DNA from: Cetorhinus maximus
Lineage: Eukaryota
Reading direction: 5' to 3'
Assembly (NCBI RefSeq): GCF_964194155.1
Contig: NC_135901.1
Coordinates: 33,914,001-33,978,000 of the forward strand
Length of the DNA: 64,000 nucleotides
The notes beneath the pieces were generated by a model that had not been told where the DNA came from, made no database searches, and worked only from the letters and a program-made list of their open reading frames with translations. Made by a program: the position numbers and the translations under genes. Positions 59,589 through 64,000 of the stretch are shown piece by piece; within the stretch, counting starts at the first letter, position 1; each line of letters starts with the position of its first letter.

Positions 59589-59924
59589 GAGAGGATCTTC
59601 ACCTGCTCCGAGTGAGGGAAGAGATTCACTCAGTCATCCCAACTGCTGAGACACCAGCGAGTTCACACTGGAGAGAGGCTGTTCACCTGCTCTGAGTGTG
59701 GGAAGAGATTCACTCAGTTATCCAGCCTGCTGAGACACCAGCGGTTTCAAGCTGTGGAGAGGCCATTCACCTGCTCCGAGTGTGGGAAGGGATTCACTCA
59801 GTCATCCCACCTGCGAACACACCAGCAAGTTCACACTGGAGAGAGGCTGTTTACCTGTTCTGAGTGTGATAAGGGATTCACTCAGTCATCCCAACTGCTG
59901 AGACACCAGCAAGTTCACAGGTGA
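59589..59924 (+). pseudogene. Orphaned last 4 fingers of the ZNF at 57325
   Basis: The finger array resumes (gagagg..ttcacctgctccgag) with a TGT>TGA at about 59613 and ends cacaggTGA before the typical 3' UTR. Confidence 0.88.
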
Positions 59925-60033
59925 CTCCAGAGGTTGAGTTCTGCTGTTATCGCTGTTGTTAATCACATCTAGGGCTGAATCATGTTCCTTTTGATAATCA
60001 GGGTTTGTTTCTGCTGATGTTAATAACCCCTGT

Positions 60034-60205
60034 CACAAAAACAGAAAATGCTAGAAAAACTCAGCAGGTCTAACAGCATCTGTGGAGAGAAAAAGAGTTA
60101 ACGTTTCGAGTCCGTATGACTCTTCTTCAGTCGTACGGACTCAAAGCGTTAACTCTGTCTTCCTCTCCACAGATGCTGTCAGACCTGCTGAATTTTGCTT
60201 TTATC
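60034..60205. mobile_element. Fold-back Penelope pLTR mini-element with a 14-bp TSD in a ZNF 3' UTR
   Basis: TSD ttaataacccctgt at 60020-60033 and ttaataagccctgt at 60206-60219. Minus-strand core CTGAAGA-a-GAGTC..GACTC-GAAACGTT at 60095-60130. Confidence 0.88.
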
Positions 60206-60284
60206 TTAATAAGCCCTGTAACTGGGCTGGAGTTTAATATTCTGGATCTATAGCTGATTGTGTTCTTGGGACTGCAGTGGACAG

Positions 60285-62185
60285 AGAGGTTCCACAAATA
60301 TCCCCATCCTCAATGATGGGGGAGCCCAGCACATCAGCATGAAGCATCTGTAGCAATAATCAGCCAGAAATGCTGAGCAGATGATCCATCTCGGCCTCCT
60401 CTGGAGGCCCCCAGGATCACAGACGCTTGTCTTCAGCCAATTCGATTCACTCCATGTAATGTCAAGAAACAGTTGAAGGCATAAGATATAGCAAAGGCTA
60501 TGGTCCCTGACAATATTCCAGCTATTAGTAGTAAAGACTTGTGCTCCAGAACTTGCCGTGCCCCTAGCCAAGCTGCTCCAGTACAGCTGCAACACTGGCA
60601 TCTACCCGCCAATGTGAAAAATTGCCCAGGTATGTCCTACACACAAGCAGAATAAATCCAACCCAGCCAATTACTGCCCCATCGGTCTATTCTCCATCAT
60701 CAGTGTCGTGATGGAAGGCAACATCAATAATGCTATCAAGCGGCACTTAACCTGCTCATCGACGCTCAGTTTGGGTTCCGCCAGGGTTACTCAGCTGCTG
60801 ACCTCATTACAGCCTTGGTTCAAACATGGACAAAAGAGCTGAATTCCAGAGATGAGGTGAGAGTGACTGGCCTTGACATCAATGCAGCATTTGACCTAGT
60901 GTGGCATCAAGGAGACCTAGCAAAACTGGAGTCAATGGAATCATGGGGAAAACTCTACACTGGTTGGAGTCATACCTAGCACAAAGGGATATGATTGTGG
61001 TTGTTGGAGGTCAATCATCTCAGCTCCAGGGCATCACTGTAGGAGTTCCTCAGGGTAGTGTCCTCGGCCCAGCCCAGCTGCTTTATCAATGGCCTTCCTT
61101 CCATCATAAGGTCAGAAGTGGGGATGTTCATTGATGATTGTACAATGTTCAGCACCATTCGCGACTCCTCTGATACTGAAGAAGTCCATGTCCACATGCA
61201 GCAAGACCTGGACAATATCCAGGCTTGGGCTGACAAGTGGCAAGTGCCAGCCAATGACCATCTTCCACAAGAGAGAGAGTCTAACCTTCGCCCCTTGCCA
61301 TTCATCGACATTACCATCACTGAATCTCTCACTATCAACATCCTGGGGGGGGTTACCATTGACCAGAAACTGAACTGGACTAGCCAGATAAATACTGTGT
61401 CTACAAGACCAGGTCAGAGGCTAGGAATCCTGCGACGAGTAACTCACCTCCTGACTCCCCAAAGCCTGTCCACCATCTACAAGGCACAAGTCAGGTGTGT
61501 GATGGGATGCACCCCACTTGCCTGGATGAGTGCAGCTCCCACAACACTCAAGAAGCTCGACACCATCCAGGACAAAGCAGTCTGCTTGATTGGCGCCCTA
61601 TCCACAACATTGACTCCCTGCACTACCGACACACAGTAGCAGCCAGTGTGTTCCATCTTCAAGATGCACTGCAGGAACTTACCAAGGCTCCTTATACTGT
61701 ACCTTCCAAACAAAGAACAAAGAAAAGTACAGCACAGGAACAGGCCCTTTCGGCCCTCCAAGCCTGCGCCGATCATATTGCCTGTCAAACTAAAACATTT
61801 TGCACTTCCGGGGTCCATATCCCTCTGTTCCCATCCTATTCATGTATTTGTCAAGCTGCCTCTTAAACACCACTATCGTACCTGCTTCCACCACCTCCTC
61901 TGGCAGCAAATTCCAGACACTCACGATCCATGACCACTACCACCTAGAAGGACAAGGGCAGCAGATAGATGGGAGCGCCACCACCTGGACGTTCACCTCC
62001 AAGCCACACACCATCCTGACTTGGGAAATATATCGGCCGTTCCTTCACTGTCACTGGGTCAAAATCCTGGGACTCCCTCCCTAACAGCACCTTAGGTGTA
62101 ACTACACCCCATGGGGGCTGCAGCGGTTCAAGAAGGCAGCTCACCACCACCTTCACCTAGCCAGCGACACTGACATTCCGTGAAC
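60285..62185 (+). mobile_element. CR1-group LINE family B fragment (inverted paralog of 5530-7250) with a nested CR1 tail at about 61708-61925
   Basis: ORFs 60901-61134 (GVPQGSVLGP) and 61058-61639 (FIDDC). Same 5' junction with the ZNF 3' flank as at about 7250. Confidence 0.88.
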
Positions 62186-62601
62186 AGACAAAATAAAATC
62201 TCCTTCTCAGACATTTCCAGTTCTAAAAATACCATCCACACGAAAGTTTGACTCTGTCCTCGTTCCACTGATTATGGCCGACTATTTAGTTTATGTTATG
62301 ATCAGGCCGGTAATGATAATGAAAACAGAAAGTGCTGGAAGCTCTCAGCAGGTTTGGCAGCGTCTGTGGAGGGAATGACAGAGCTAACGTTTTGAGTCTT
62401 GGTTGAATTGGTCATTGGCTGCTCGTTACAACATTTACACGTCATCGACACTGGGAACGGAAAGAAGAAAGTGAAAGCACCGAAATCTAACCAGTGGCCC
62501 ACCACGCTGCTTCTCGGGCAGACTCAGCTGAAAGGTTGGTGGTTTAAGTCCACCTAGGGTCAAGTAGAGACCCTCTCTTCCTGCTTCTACTTGTATTACC
62601 G

Positions 62602-63086
62602 ACATAGAGTCAGAGTTATACAGCACAGTAACAGGCCCTTCGGCCCATCGTGCCCATGCCAGTCATCAAGCACCAATCTACTCTAATCCCATTTTCCAGC
62701 ACTCGGCCCGTAGCCCTGTATGCTGTGGCATTTCAAGTGCCCATCTAAATACTTCTTAAATGCTGTGAGGGTTCCTGCCTCTACCACCTCCACAGGCAGT
62801 TTGTTCCAGATTCCAACCACCCTCTGGGTGAAAAACATTTCCTTAAATCCCCTCTAAAACTCCTGCCCCTTACCTTAAATCGATGCCGCCTGGTTATTGA
62901 CACCTCCACTAAGGGGAAAAGTTCCTTCCTATCTATGCCCCTCATAATTTTGTATACCTCTATCAGGTCCCCCCTCAGCCTTCTCTGCTCTAAGGAAAAC
63001 TTATCCAGTCTCTCTTCATAGCTGAAACGCTCCAGCCCAGGCAACACCCTGGTGAATCTCCTCTGCACCCTCTCCAGTGCAATCCA
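62602..63086 (-). mobile_element. CR1 3' end
   Basis: QRRFTRVLPGLERFSYEERL..RRLRGDLIEVYKIMRG plus tail. Confidence 0.9.
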
Positions 63087-63509
63087 GACATAGTTCTGCT
63101 TTATGTCCTTTGGCTACGAGGAAATATTTTCCAAACTTTGCCAGCCCAGCTGTTATTCAGCAAGTCCCCACACAAATAGATTTATGAATATTCATTTCAA
63201 ATAATCCTGAAAAAAAATGATCGAACATGCACAACATCCAATCCTATTAGAAATATATGGGTTCAAAGCAACTAATAGAAATTGATTCTCTCATTGCACA
63301 TACAGAACTGGAAGACACCATCACACCGAGTCTGATTAAATGTTGCTCAGTGAAAATTTCAATCTTCCTCTGCTGTGTCACATATGGACACACACAGAAA
63401 GGGTCAATCTTCTCCGGCAACTTTTCAACCTGTTGTTATTCTCTGTGAGGATATATAAAGTAAGTGGAAAAAACTGAAACCTTTGTCTTGAGTGGGATCA
63501 GCTCTGAAT

Positions 63510-64000
63510 TAGAACATAACAAATAGGAGCAGGAATGGAACCATTTTTCCCCTCGAACCTTTCATAGTATTAGGGAAACAGCGCCAAGGTTACACCACAG
63601 GCCCATGCCATAGGAACAGGAGGAAGCCATTCAGCCCTTTGACCCTGTTCTGCCATTCAATAAGATCATGGCTGATCTGGTTGTGGTGTCAACTCCACTT
63701 TCCTGTCTCCCCCACGCGCCCCCCACCCCCATAATCCTTGACTCCCTTGCCTCTCAAAAATCTGTCTAATTCTGCCTTGAATAAATTCAATGACCCAGCC
63801 TCCACTGCTTTCTGGGGAAAATAATTCCACAGACTAATGGCCCTCCGAGAGAAAAGAAATCTCCTCATCTCAGTCTGAAAAGGGAGACCCTCTTACTCTT
63901 CTGGAAACTTAATTCACCTGGTCCCCTTTTCCCCGGTGACCTGCATTTTCTGTCCAATTCTCTTTTGAAATCCGCGATTAAATCTGCCTCCCCCACACTC
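63510..64000 (-). mobile_element. Stacked CR1 3'-UTR fragments
   Basis: Repeated ataggagcagg..gccattcagccc tail motifs and CR1 C-terminal coding remnants. Confidence 0.7.

Overview
Vertebrate nuclear DNA, most likely a cartilaginous fish (shark-type CR1/L2/Penelope repeats; inferred, not database-checked). The window is a cluster of KRAB-less tandem C2H2 zinc-finger genes and pseudogenes (about 9 loci). They appear to have arisen by direct and inverted duplication of a unit made of a CpG-island NRF1/YY1/CCAAT promoter, short leader exons and one finger-coding exon. Interspersed are tRNA pseudogenes, two near-full-length CR1 LINEs, many CR1, L2 and CR1-group fragments, solo LTRs and an ERV-like remnant with a tRNA-Leu primer-binding site and an env-like tail. 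Main observations: (1) Penelope-derived insertions carry minimal type-I hammerhead ribozyme motifs, mostly as fold-back elements, and five have 13-14 bp target-site duplications; a second, unrelated hammerhead-like family is also present. (2) A tRNA-Glu / tRNA-Thr / CR1-tail chimeric insert splits a 24-finger gene and supplies its new C-terminus. (3) A decayed env-like gene may be of fusion-protein type. Boundaries of old repeats are approximate, and family names come from motif recognition only.
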